This document shows positions 50,918 through 59,602 of a DNA stretch of 64,000 nt, piece after piece. The stretch covers positions 63 through 64,062 of the forward strand of contig JAFRDB010000128.1 of NCBI GenBank assembly GCA_017404065.1, read 5' to 3'. Every line of letters begins with the position of its first letter. The stretch's first letter is position 1. The position numbers and the translations under genes were made by a program. Under the pieces are notes generated by a model. It worked only from the letters and a program-made list of their open reading frames with translations, was not told where the DNA came from and did not search any database. Source of the DNA: Clostridia bacterium (lineage in GTDB: Bacteria > Bacillota > Clostridia > UBA1381).

Positions 50918-51585
50918 AAAAGATACTTATAATCGAGGATGACCGCGAGATCGCGGCGCTGGAGCGTGACTATCTTGAAGCAAACGGCTTTGAGGTCGAG
51001 ATCGACACATGGGGCACGACCGGTCTTGACCGCGCACTGAACGGTGATCACTCACTTTTTATTGTTGATATTATGCTTCCCGGCATGGACGGGTTCGAGA
51101 TAGTGCGCCGTATACGCGAGAAAAAGCAGACACCCGTTATTATTTTATCGGCAAAAGGCGATGATATAGACATGATACGCGGGCTTGGGCTTGGCGCGGA
51201 CGACTACATGACAAAGCCGTTCTCTCCTGCGGAGCTTGTGGCACGTGTAAAGGCAAGGCTTTCGCGATTCGACGCGCTGACCTCGCCACCGGAGAAAACA
51301 ATAAATATACGTTCGCTTTCCATAAGTCCGGAGTCAAGAACAGCAAAAATAAACGGCTCGGAGATAATGCTGACGGCAAAGGAGTTTGACCTTTTGCTGT
51401 TTTTGGCATCATATCCGAACCGCACCTTTTCAAAAGAGCAGCTTTTTGACCACGTATGGGGGCTTGACGCGCTCGGTGATGTTTCGACCGTAGCGGTACA
51501 CATCCAACGCATACGCGAAAAGCTGTCGATAAGCGGCGATACCTTTATCCACACAGTTTGGAGCGTAGGTTATAAGCTTGCTTGA
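50914..51585 (+). CDS. OmpR/PhoB-family response regulator
   Basis: Receiver domain (ILIIEDD...FIVDIMLPGMDG...KP) and a winged-helix C-terminus (LTAKEFDLLLFLASYPNRTFSKEQL...VWSVGYKL). Confidence 0.9.
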   Translation: MKKILIIEDDREIAALERDYLEANGFEVEIDTWGTTGLDRALNGDHSLFIVDIMLPGMDGFEIVRRIREKKQTPVIILSAKGDDIDMIRGLGLGADDYMTKPFSPAELVARVKARLSRFDALTSPPEKTINIRSLSISPESRTAKINGSEIMLTAKEFDLLLFLASYPNRTFSKEQLFDHVWGLDALGDVSTVAVHIQRIREKLSISGDTFIHTVWSVGYKLA

Positions 51586-51603
51586 TAAAATTTAAAATAT
51601 TAC

Positions 51604-51653
51604 TTGACAACTATCTTCATATAGCATATAATATAAGTACAAGAAACTGTACT
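51604..51653 (+). promoter_or_regulatory. yefM-yoeB promoter and palindromic operator
   Basis: TTGACA (51604-09), 17 nt, TATAAT (51627-32). The inverted repeat AGTACA-N6-TGTACT (51636-51653) lies just downstream of the -10. Confidence 0.6.
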
Positions 51654-51671
51654 GAATTGGAGGGAATGGAC

Positions 51672-51935
51672 ATGATTGCAGTAAACTATAGCGGACTACG
51701 CGAAAATATGAAGGCTTGTTTTGACAAGGTTTATGATGATTATGAAACTCTTGTCGTCACAAGAAAAAAGAACAGGAATGTAGTGATCATTTCAGAAGAG
51801 GTATATAACAATCTGATGGAAAATGCGTATCTGCATGCAGACAGCGCAAATTTTGAATGGCTGATTGAATCCAAAGCACAGCTTGAATCCGGAAAATATT
51901 CGAAGCATGAGCTTTTGGAGGACACTGATGAATAA
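51672..51935 (+). CDS. yefM: Phd/YefM-family antitoxin
   Basis: MIAVNYSGLRENMKACFDKVYDDYETLVVTRKKNRNVVIISEEVYNNLMEN. GGAGGG RBS 8 nt upstream of ATG 51672. Confidence 0.85.
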   Translation: MIAVNYSGLRENMKACFDKVYDDYETLVVTRKKNRNVVIISEEVYNNLMENAYLHADSANFEWLIESKAQLESGKYSKHELLEDTDE

Positions 51936-52188
51936 GATCTTTACCGACAACGGATGGGCTGATTATTTATATTGGCAGGGCGAGGATAAAAAAACACTTA
52001 AGAAAATAAATGACCTTTTAAAGGATATAGAACGAAACGGAAATACCGGCAAGGGCAAGCCCGAGCCTCTCACCGGCGATCTTTCCGGATTTTGGAGCAG
52101 ACGCATCAACGAAAAAGACAGACTGGTCTATAGGGTCACAAACGACACCATAAGTATACTTTCATGCAGATATCACTACAGCAAATAG
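51928..52188 (+). CDS. yoeB: YoeB/Txe-family toxin (ribosome-dependent mRNA interferase)
   Basis: MNKIFTDNGWADYLYWQGEDKKTLKKINDLLKDIERN...GKPEPL...LSGFWSRRINEKDRLVYRV....I.ILSCRYHY. It overlaps the yefM stop by 8 nt. Confidence 0.85.
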   Translation: MNKIFTDNGWADYLYWQGEDKKTLKKINDLLKDIERNGNTGKGKPEPLTGDLSGFWSRRINEKDRLVYRVTNDTISILSCRYHYSK

Positions 52189-52243
52189 TATCAACTGCAT
52201 TTTATGCTATAAAGTGGAGTGTTTGAAATGGCAACTAAGATGA

Positions 52244-53488
52244 TCAACGACCGCACATTTGTGCTGCCTCGTTAATTATTCGTCTTGCCTCACCCGCAAG
52301 ATACAGTGAACCGCATACGCAGACAAGTCCGTGTTTGCCAGCCACACCGACAGCGGTCTTTATCGCTTTTTTGATATCAGGCTCGGCAACACACTCCGTT
52401 TCAGTATTATCCGCAACGCGTTTTATTTCCGCCGCCGTAAGGGCGCGATCCATCTTAAGCTCTGTTGCAATAATACAGCTTGCTGCCGAGGCTATGGTGT
52501 GTATACATATATCATAGCTCTTGTCGCGCATCATGGCAAGCACAAGAACAATATCCCTTTCCTCTGTGGCAAGGGATGTTTTTAATTCGCGCATAGCGTC
52601 AAGGTTATGCGCGCCGTCTATTATGATATTGTCCGCAACACGCTCGTACCGCGCCGGATGCTTCACATTCCTGAAGCCCTCGTCAAGCGCTGTTCCGGAT
52701 ATTTCCCATCCCCTGCGCCGGAGCGCGTTCACCGTTTCAATAACAGCTGCGCCGTTTTCCGCCTGGTATGTGCCGCCTAACGCTATATGGTAGGTCCATG
52801 TTTTGTATCCGAACTTTCCCTTCATCGGCACCGGCTTATCACAGAAGGTCAATCTGCCGCCGCCGTTTCTTTCAAATTCAGTTACGATAACCGATCTCAC
52901 GCGCTCATTCGGAACGCTGACGATCTCACACCCGCGCTTTATTATCCCGCACTTTTCCGCGGCTATCTCCTCTATTGTGTTGCCCAGATACTGTGTATGA
53001 TCCATACCTATACGAGTAAGAACAGCCACCTCCGGCGCGTCAATTACGTTAGTCGCGTCAAGCCGTCCGCCCATACCCGTTTCAAGCACCACTATGTCGC
53101 AGTGCTCATCGGCAAAATATTTCATCGCAACCGCGGTTATGAACGCAAACTCCGATACGATATCCTTCCCCATCAGCTCCGCCGCTTCTGTCACATATTC
53201 AGCCAACGCTTTATCGGGGATAAGCTCGTTGTTTATCTGTATCCGCTCATTGAACACCTCTATAAACGGGGATGTGAACAGTCCCGTTTTATATCCGGCA
53301 CGCCGGAGCGTTTCGGCAAGCATGGCGCACACCGAACCCTTGCCGTTAGTCCCTGCAACATGGACGAATTTCAGCTCCTTCTGCGGATCGCCGAGCCTTT
53401 CGAGCAGCTTCGCAAGCTTTTCATTACCCAAAGGCCGAACAAATCTCGGTATTGCATGGATAAATTCTATGGCTTCGTTATAATTCAT
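52244..53488 (-). CDS. folC: Folylpolyglutamate synthase / dihydrofolate synthase
   Basis: HVAGTNGKGS P-loop and Mur-ligase family layout. 414 aa. Confidence 0.85.
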   Translation of the reverse strand: MNYNEAIEFIHAIPRFVRPLGNEKLAKLLERLGDPQKELKFVHVAGTNGKGSVCAMLAETLRRAGYKTGLFTSPFIEVFNERIQINNELIPDKALAEYVTEAAELMGKDIVSEFAFITAVAMKYFADEHCDIVVLETGMGGRLDATNVIDAPEVAVLTRIGMDHTQYLGNTIEEIAAEKCGIIKRGCEIVSVPNERVRSVIVTEFERNGGGRLTFCDKPVPMKGKFGYKTWTYHIALGGTYQAENGAAVIETVNALRRRGWEISGTALDEGFRNVKHPARYERVADNIIIDGAHNLDAMRELKTSLATEERDIVLVLAMMRDKSYDICIHTIASAASCIIATELKMDRALTAAEIKRVADNTETECVAEPDIKKAIKTAVGVAGKHGLVCVCGSLYLAGEARRIINEAAQMCGR

Positions 53489-54372
53489 ACATCTATTCCA
53501 TAGCTGCGCATAGCAGCCTTTAATCTTTCAAGGTTTTGCGGCGTCATGCCGACAAGCGGCAGCCTTACATCGCCCGCACTCATGCCCATGAGGTTCATCG
53601 CCTCCTTGACAGGGATCGGGTTCACCTCAATAAAGAGCGCATTTATAAGCTCCAGCATTTTAAGCTGCATATCCCTGCCCTTTATATAATCACCGTTAAG
53701 ACAGCTCTCGCACAGCTCATGCGTCTCCTTTGGCAGTATGTTTGCAACAACGCTTATAACACCCTTTGCTCCTATGCTCATAAGCGGAACTATCATATTG
53801 TCATTGCCTGAATACATGTAAAGCTCCGGCACCTCCGCCGCGACGCGCGCAGCATAGCTGATGTTGCCGCTTGCTTCCTTTACCGCGACAATATTTTCTG
53901 TCTCCGCAAGTCTTTTAAGTGTTTCCACCGCTATATTCACACCGGTTCTTGACGGTATATTATAGAGTATTACCGGTATTGATATTGATCGCGCAATCGC
54001 ATTGTAATGCTCATAAAGCCCCTTTTGAGTGGTCTTATTGTAGTATGGCGTAACGCACAGCACCCCGTCCGCGCCATACTCCTCCGCCTCCTTGGAAAAC
54101 CATATAGCATGAGAGGTATCGTTGCTGCCTGTACCCGCGATTATGGGGATTCTGCCTGCCGCCTTCTCTACGGTGTATTTTAATATATCGAGATGGTCAC
54201 GGTCGCCGAGTGCCGGCGCCTCGCCGGTGGTTCCGCATATAATGATAGCGTCTGTATTCTCAGCAATATGCATTTCTATAAGCTGACCGAGACTTTCAAA
54301 ATTTATCTTATCGCCGTCAAACGGAGTAACGAGCGCAACGCCCGAACCGATGAAGGGTAATCTTTTTGCCAT
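53485..54372 (-). CDS. dapA: 4-hydroxy-tetrahydrodipicolinate synthase
   Basis: ATG 54372 (MAKRLPFIGSGVALVTPF...) has a GGAGG RBS. Motifs GTTGE, YYNK and the active-site Lys region (VAVKEASG). Confidence 0.9.
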   Translation of the reverse strand: MAKRLPFIGSGVALVTPFDGDKINFESLGQLIEMHIAENTDAIIICGTTGEAPALGDRDHLDILKYTVEKAAGRIPIIAGTGSNDTSHAIWFSKEAEEYGADGVLCVTPYYNKTTQKGLYEHYNAIARSISIPVILYNIPSRTGVNIAVETLKRLAETENIVAVKEASGNISYAARVAAEVPELYMYSGNDNMIVPLMSIGAKGVISVVANILPKETHELCESCLNGDYIKGRDMQLKMLELINALFIEVNPIPVKEAMNLMGMSAGDVRLPLVGMTPQNLERLKAAMRSYGIDV

Positions 54373-54510
54373 GATAACTACCTCCTGTTTACTGATATTA
54401 TATATCATTCTATGCGCCTTGTCAATATTTGATTAACATAAAAGCCAACGGCTTTGCTGTTTCCTTCGGGGAAAATGCCTTAAACACAATGACATTTCAT
54501 GTAAATGCGT

Positions 54511-54813
54511 TTATTTCATATTGTCTATTACATCTGTTATAAGCTTTTTCTGTTCTTGGTTTAATTTGTTATATTTAGTCAAAAATGTTTTTTGTTCCGA
54601 TGATAGGCAGTCATCCTCGGTATAATCAAAAAATTCGGCCATACTTATCCCAAAGCCGCGGCAGATCATTTCAAGCGTAGGTATCGTAGGCAAATTATTT
54701 CTTGCAAACATATTTGCAAGCGTGGACTGTGGCAGCCCGGATTTAACGGATAGCTTGTAGACGCTCCAATCATACTGCTCCAAAAGCTCTCTTATTCTTT
54801 GTAAAGCATCCAT
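54511..54813 (-). CDS. XRE-family helix-turn-helix transcriptional regulator, divergent from the cohesin operon
   Basis: ATG 54813 (MDALQRIRELLEQYDWSVYKLSVKSGLPQSTLANMFARNN...) has a GAGGAGGTG RBS. About 100 aa. Confidence 0.75.
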   Translation of the reverse strand: MDALQRIRELLEQYDWSVYKLSVKSGLPQSTLANMFARNNLPTIPTLEMICRGFGISMAEFFDYTEDDCLSSEQKTFLTKYNKLNQEQKKLITDVIDNMK

Positions 54814-54880
54814 CTTTGTCACCTCCTCGTATAATAGTATTTTACTATACAAACGAGAATTATGATATTCTACAAAAGGG

Positions 54881-54909
54881 TTGACAATAAATCGCAAATG
54901 TGATATAGT
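54881..54909 (+). promoter_or_regulatory. Candidate promoter of the cohesin/dockerin operon
   Basis: TTGACA (54881-86), 17 nt, TATAGT (54904-09), about 135 nt upstream of ATG 55043. Confidence 0.5.
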
Positions 54910-55042
54910 TATTGCACAAATCAAATATATTGATGAGGTAAACGAAAATAAAAAATAGGTGTAATTTTTTTGTTAACATAAAGCGGACCATGTTATACAA
55001 AGATCACCGTTTTTTATTAATAACAGAAAGGAAGGTAAAAAA

Positions 55043-58000
55043 ATGAACAAAAAGATTTTAGCAATACTGCTGAGCCTTGCGATGCCAGGCTCTGCGGTAA
55101 ATTTCCCTGTTTTTGCAGAGAACGATGAAACGGAAGCAGCGGAGGTAACGGTTGCATCCGAGGTGACGGACGCAACAGAGGAAACAGAGTCCGATGCCGA
55201 GGCTGAGGAAGCGTTGGCGATTGCCGGCGAGGTGACGGAGGTCGCAAGCGGCACCTGCGGCGTGGAAGAAAACAAGGATAACGTCACATGGCTCCTTGAC
55301 AGCGAGGGCACGCTGACGGTAAGCGGTACCGGTGATATGGCGAATGAGTATTATCCTTGGTTAGATTACAGAGACCAAATAACAAAGGTCATTGTCACCG
55401 ATGGAGTCACAAGAGTAGGTAGCCATGCGTTTTCTTATTACAAGTATATTAGTAGTGGTAATCAGCCTAGATATTATTACCCCAACTTAAGAACATTGAT
55501 CCTATCGGACAGTGTACAATCAATAGGAGCTGAAGCTTTTAGGGGCTCCGGACTGTTGAATGTGGAGCTGGGAAACGGACTGGTCACAATAGAAGACGGA
55601 GCATTTTGCGTCTGTTCCCTGTTGCAGAGTGTGAACCTTCCCGATACTCTCAAGACTATTAGAAATTATGTATTTGAAGACTGTTCCTCTCTAAAAGAAG
55701 TAGACATACCCGATTCCGTAACTTCGTTAGGTAATTATTTATTCCGAAGCTGTATCGCGCTTGAAAGCGTTAAGCTACCGAATAAAATAATAACAGTTCC
55801 GGAAAGCTCATTCCAAAACTGCGTCAACCTCATCAGTATCGGTATACCTGCAAATGTAAGCGTTATAGGCAATTACGCATTTTCCGGGTGCACAAAACTT
55901 GAAACCGCAAATATACCGGTATACGTCAGAGCTATAGGAAGCTATGCCTTTTCCGGCTGCTCTGCACTTACAAACATCACGATTCCGAACCATGTTAAGG
56001 CTATAGGCGACCACGCCTTTGAAAACTGCGTGTCCGCCGAAAGCATCACACTCGGAAATGACGTGAGAACCATAGAGCCGTACGCATTTGACGGAGATGT
56101 AAATGTAAAAACGCTGTATCTGCCGGAATATTTGACATCGGTAGGTGATAGAGCGTTTTACAATAACAGCAGTCTCGAAAAGATATATTTTGCCGGAAGC
56201 GCAGAGCAATGGAATAATATAAGTGTGGGCGCGAACAACATGTATTTTTCATTCTGTGAGGATATAGAATATAATTCGGATTATTACTGGGAGGATGTAA
56301 TACCGGAGGAGCCCACAGACGCTGAAATTATCGCAAGCGGCACCTGCGGCAGCGAAGGGTCAAATGTCAAGTGGTCGCTCGATGATTACGGAAAGCTGAC
56401 GATAAGCGGCAAATGGGATATGGCGGATGAATATTCCCCTTGGTTAGATTACAGAGACCAAATAACAAAGGTCATTGTCACCGATGGAGTCACAAAAGTA
56501 GGTAACCATGCGTTTTCTTACTACAAGTATATTAGTAGTGGTAATCAGCCTAGATATTATTACCCCAACTTAAGAACATTGATCCTATCGGACAGCGTAC
56601 AATCAATAGGAGCTGAAGCTTTTAGGGGCTCGGGACTGTTGAATGTGGAGCTGGGAAACGGACTGACATCAATAGAAGCAGGAGCATTTTGCGTCTGTTC
56701 CCTGTTGCAGAGTGTGAACCTTCCCGATACACTCAAGACTATTGGAAATAATGTATTTGACACCTGTTCTTCTCTAAGAGAAGCAGAGATACCCGATTCC
56801 GTAACTTCGATAGGTAATTATTTATTCTCCGGCTGTACTTCGCTTGAAAGCGTTAAGCTACCGAATAAAATAATAACAGTTCCGGAATATATCTTTTTCG
56901 GCTGTGTCAATCTCGTCAGCATAGATATACCTTCAAATGTAAGCGTCATAGGCGATTACGCATTTTCCGGGTGCTCAAAACTTGAAACCGCAAACATACC
57001 GGAATCTGTAACATCGATAGGCGGATATGCATTCAACGGCTGTTCGAAGCTTAAGTCTGTAAATATCCCCGAATCGGTAACATCAATAGGAGAATATGCC
57101 TTTAACGGCTGTTCCAAGCTCGGAAGCATCACTGTTCCCGACTATGTAACATCCATACCTGCATACGCCTTTAGCGAATGCTCGGAGCTGGAAAGAGTCA
57201 TAATCGGTGAGAATACAGCAAGCATAGGATACAGCGCGTTTTATAATGATGCAAAATTAAGCGGTCTGTATATTCCTGTTAAGGTGACAAGCATAGGTTC
57301 CAACGCGTTTTATAATGCGGAAAGCCTTGAAAAGATATATTACGGCGGAACGGAAGAACAGTGGAACGCAATAAACATAGGCAGCAACAATAATTATCTG
57401 AAGTATGCCGAAGTTATATACGGCGCATCGCCTGAGGATGTGCCGGAAGTTGTACAACCCACACCGACAGCAGAGCCCACAACGGCACCTACGGCAACGC
57501 CGACAGCGACGCCTACAACAGCTCCAACGGCAACGCCGACAGCAGTGCCTACAGAAGCTCCGACGTCAGCACCGACAACGGCTCCGACAGCGACGCCTAC
57601 GGTACCTCCCGCAACGGACGGGGCTAAGATCAAGGTGTCATCCGCCAAGGTAGCTCCGGGCAAAACAGTTTCCGTTACGGTCGAGCTTTCGGAGAACAAG
57701 GGCTTTGCAAATCTCGGCTTACAGATAGGCTTTGATGCTTCCGCCCTTACGCTTATATCGGTATCAAATAATACAAGCGTAGGCGCGACATATACGGGAG
57801 CGCAGAGTATAACGGTAAATCCGTACAATATGGGATGGGACAGCACGAGCAACAATACATACAACGGTACTCTTGCAACGCTTACCTTCGAGGTGAACGA
57901 TGACGCTCCTGACGGCACATATCCTATCAGCGTAAGCTATTACAGGGGCAAAAACGGAAATTACTCGGACGGCGAGGACGTAAACTATGACGAGGATTTC

Positions 58001-58243
58001 AAGCCACTTAACCTGAATTACACAAACGGAGCTATAACCGTTTCAAGACACATACCCGGCGATATTAACGGCGACGGGAAGGTGAACAATCAGGACGGAA
58101 CGTTCCTGCTTCGTCATCTCGCCGGATGGAATGTCAGTGTTGATGAAACGGCTCTTGATATAACCGGTGACGACAAGGTAAACAACCAGGACGGAACCAT
58201 ACTTCTACGCTATCTCGCCGGTTGGTCGGTAACCATCAACTAA
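55043..58243 (+). CDS. 1066-aa secreted adaptor-scaffoldin-like protein: two BspA-type leucine-rich-repeat blocks, Thr/Pro linker, one cohesin, C-terminal dockerin
   Basis: Signal peptide MNKKILAILLSLAMPGSAVNFPVFA. The LRR_5-like units repeat the pattern IP..V..IG..AF..C..L..... about 20 times. The linker is PTPTAEPTTAPTATPTATP... The cohesin is KVAPGKTVSVTVELSENKGFANLGLQIGFDASALTL...GTLATLTFEV (about 57620-58045). The dockerin is GDINGDGKVNNQDGTFLLRHLAGW...DITGDDKVNNQDGTILLRYLAGW (58052-58240). Confidence 0.75.
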   Translation: MNKKILAILLSLAMPGSAVNFPVFAENDETEAAEVTVASEVTDATEETESDAEAEEALAIAGEVTEVASGTCGVEENKDNVTWLLDSEGTLTVSGTGDMANEYYPWLDYRDQITKVIVTDGVTRVGSHAFSYYKYISSGNQPRYYYPNLRTLILSDSVQSIGAEAFRGSGLLNVELGNGLVTIEDGAFCVCSLLQSVNLPDTLKTIRNYVFEDCSSLKEVDIPDSVTSLGNYLFRSCIALESVKLPNKIITVPESSFQNCVNLISIGIPANVSVIGNYAFSGCTKLETANIPVYVRAIGSYAFSGCSALTNITIPNHVKAIGDHAFENCVSAESITLGNDVRTIEPYAFDGDVNVKTLYLPEYLTSVGDRAFYNNSSLEKIYFAGSAEQWNNISVGANNMYFSFCEDIEYNSDYYWEDVIPEEPTDAEIIASGTCGSEGSNVKWSLDDYGKLTISGKWDMADEYSPWLDYRDQITKVIVTDGVTKVGNHAFSYYKYISSGNQPRYYYPNLRTLILSDSVQSIGAEAFRGSGLLNVELGNGLTSIEAGAFCVCSLLQSVNLPDTLKTIGNNVFDTCSSLREAEIPDSVTSIGNYLFSGCTSLESVKLPNKIITVPEYIFFGCVNLVSIDIPSNVSVIGDYAFSGCSKLETANIPESVTSIGGYAFNGCSKLKSVNIPESVTSIGEYAFNGCSKLGSITVPDYVTSIPAYAFSECSELERVIIGENTASIGYSAFYNDAKLSGLYIPVKVTSIGSNAFYNAESLEKIYYGGTEEQWNAINIGSNNNYLKYAEVIYGASPEDVPEVVQPTPTAEPTTAPTATPTATPTTAPTATPTAVPTEAPTSAPTTAPTATPTVPPATDGAKIKVSSAKVAPGKTVSVTVELSENKGFANLGLQIGFDASALTLISVSNNTSVGATYTGAQSITVNPYNMGWDSTSNNTYNGTLATLTFEVNDDAPDGTYPISVSYYRGKNGNYSDGEDVNYDEDFKPLNLNYTNGAITVSRHIPGDINGDGKVNNQDGTFLLRHLAGWNVSVDETALDITGDDKVNNQDGTILLRYLAGWSVTIN
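55355..56748. repeat. Intragenic duplication (offset 1083 bp) with a ~310-bp almost identical tract
   Basis: 55355-55665 and 56438-56748 differ at only a handful of positions by eye (CCTTGGTTAGATTACAGAGACCAAATAACAAAGGTCATTGTCACCGATGGAGTCACAA...). The flanking parts of the two LRR blocks are much more diverged. Confidence 0.85.
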
Positions 58244-58252
58244 GGAGGTCGT

Positions 58253-59563
58253 ATGAAAAGGACGATCTCGATCGGCGTGATATGCGCCATACTGCTTTCT
58301 GTTTGCGGTTTTAGTGTGAATGCCGCAGGGATGACCGTCAGCGCAGGAAATGAATCCTGCGCCGCCGGCGGGTCGGTTTCGATACCGATAACGCTTGCGG
58401 GCAATACGGGCTTTGCAAATCTCGGCATAGAGGTAGAATATGACAGCTCGGTATTAACACTTAAAAACGTCACAGCCGGCGACACGGGCGCAACCTATAC
58501 GGCGGCGCAGAGCATAACGGCAAATCCGTATAACATGGGCTGGGACAGCACAAGCGATAACAGCTTTAACGGCACTCTTGCAACGCTTGAATTTGATGTG
58601 TCGGATACCGCTTCGGGCAATTATCCCATACAGATAAGCTATTATAAGGGACGTGACGGCAGCTACGAGGACGGCTCGGATGTCAACTATGACGAGAATT
58701 TCTCCCCGCTTGGTCTCTCGTATAAGAACGGCTCTATCACCGTCAGCGGCAGCCCGACTGCTTCACCAACCGCTTCACCGACCACTGAGCCAACAATTAT
58801 GCCAACCGCTTCACCGACCGCTGAGCCTACCACTGAGCCTACCGCCAAGCCTTCGGGAGCGATTATAAAGGCGGGTGCGGTCTCCGGCTTTGTCGGGGAC
58901 ACTGTAGCTGTTCCGATAACGCTCACAAGCAACACCGGCTTTGCCAACCTCGGAATAGAGGTCGGTTATGACAGCAGCGTTATGACATTAAAAAAAGCCG
59001 AGTCAGCACAGACCGGCGCGACTTATACGGCGGCGCAGAGCATCACGGCAAACCCGTACAACATGGGCTGGGACAGCACAAGCAATAATACATATAACGG
59101 CACTCTTGCAACGCTTGAATTCGAGATAGCGGGAGATGCAACTTCGGGAATCTACCCGATAACGGTCAGCTATTATAAGGGACGTGACGGTAATTATTCG
59201 GACGGCACTGATGTAAACTATGATGAGAACTTCGCTCCGCTTAATCTTTCATACGTTGCCGGCTATGTGACTATATCCGACACAGAAGCATCCGGAAAGA
59301 GCATTTCAATCAGCAACGTTCAAAATGACGGGATTCTTTCCTTTAATGCAACCCTGAAGTCGGATGAAAGCATTACGGGAGTCGCAATAGCGGCGGTATA
59401 TGACGCAGACGGTACGCTCATTGCCGTAAAACAATACACCGCCTCATCGGAAATAGCGTTCTCATTCTCTGATATTCAAAACGCCGCAATGGTTAAGGTG
59501 TTCTGGTGGGGCAGCATGAACGGTATGTCGTCTCAGGCGTATTCAGAGAAAATCACATTGTAA
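58253..59563 (+). CDS. 436-aa secreted scaffoldin-like protein: cohesin - Pro/Thr linker - cohesin - 92-aa C-terminal module
   Basis: Signal peptide MKRTISIGVICAILLSVCGFSVNA. Two cohesins are paralogous to the one in the upstream gene (GNTGFANLGIEVEYDSSVLTL...NPYNMGWDSTS...GTLATLEFDV; SNTGFANLGIEVGYDSSVMTL...). GGAGG RBS. Confidence 0.75.
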   Translation: MKRTISIGVICAILLSVCGFSVNAAGMTVSAGNESCAAGGSVSIPITLAGNTGFANLGIEVEYDSSVLTLKNVTAGDTGATYTAAQSITANPYNMGWDSTSDNSFNGTLATLEFDVSDTASGNYPIQISYYKGRDGSYEDGSDVNYDENFSPLGLSYKNGSITVSGSPTASPTASPTTEPTIMPTASPTAEPTTEPTAKPSGAIIKAGAVSGFVGDTVAVPITLTSNTGFANLGIEVGYDSSVMTLKKAESAQTGATYTAAQSITANPYNMGWDSTSNNTYNGTLATLEFEIAGDATSGIYPITVSYYKGRDGNYSDGTDVNYDENFAPLNLSYVAGYVTISDTEASGKSISISNVQNDGILSFNATLKSDESITGVAIAAVYDADGTLIAVKQYTASSEIAFSFSDIQNAAMVKVFWWGSMNGMSSQAYSEKITL

Positions 59564-59602
59564 ATACTGTTTTAACAATAAAATACATATGAGGGGTAAA
59601 AT

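Noticed and set aside
54373-54510. Possible lysine riboswitch (L-box) upstream of dapA.
   Set aside because: Only ~138 nt are available, which is too short for an L-box plus expression platform, and I could not find the conserved L-box helices or motifs.
57460-57615. Repetitive DNA encoding Thr/Pro/Ala linkers. Similar stretches occur at 58750-58855 and 33930-34020, and in the acidic/Pro linkers of the 956-aa gene.
   Set aside because: These are ordinary low-complexity interdomain linkers of surface proteins, not independent repeat elements or separate genes. The antisense ORFs there are artefacts.
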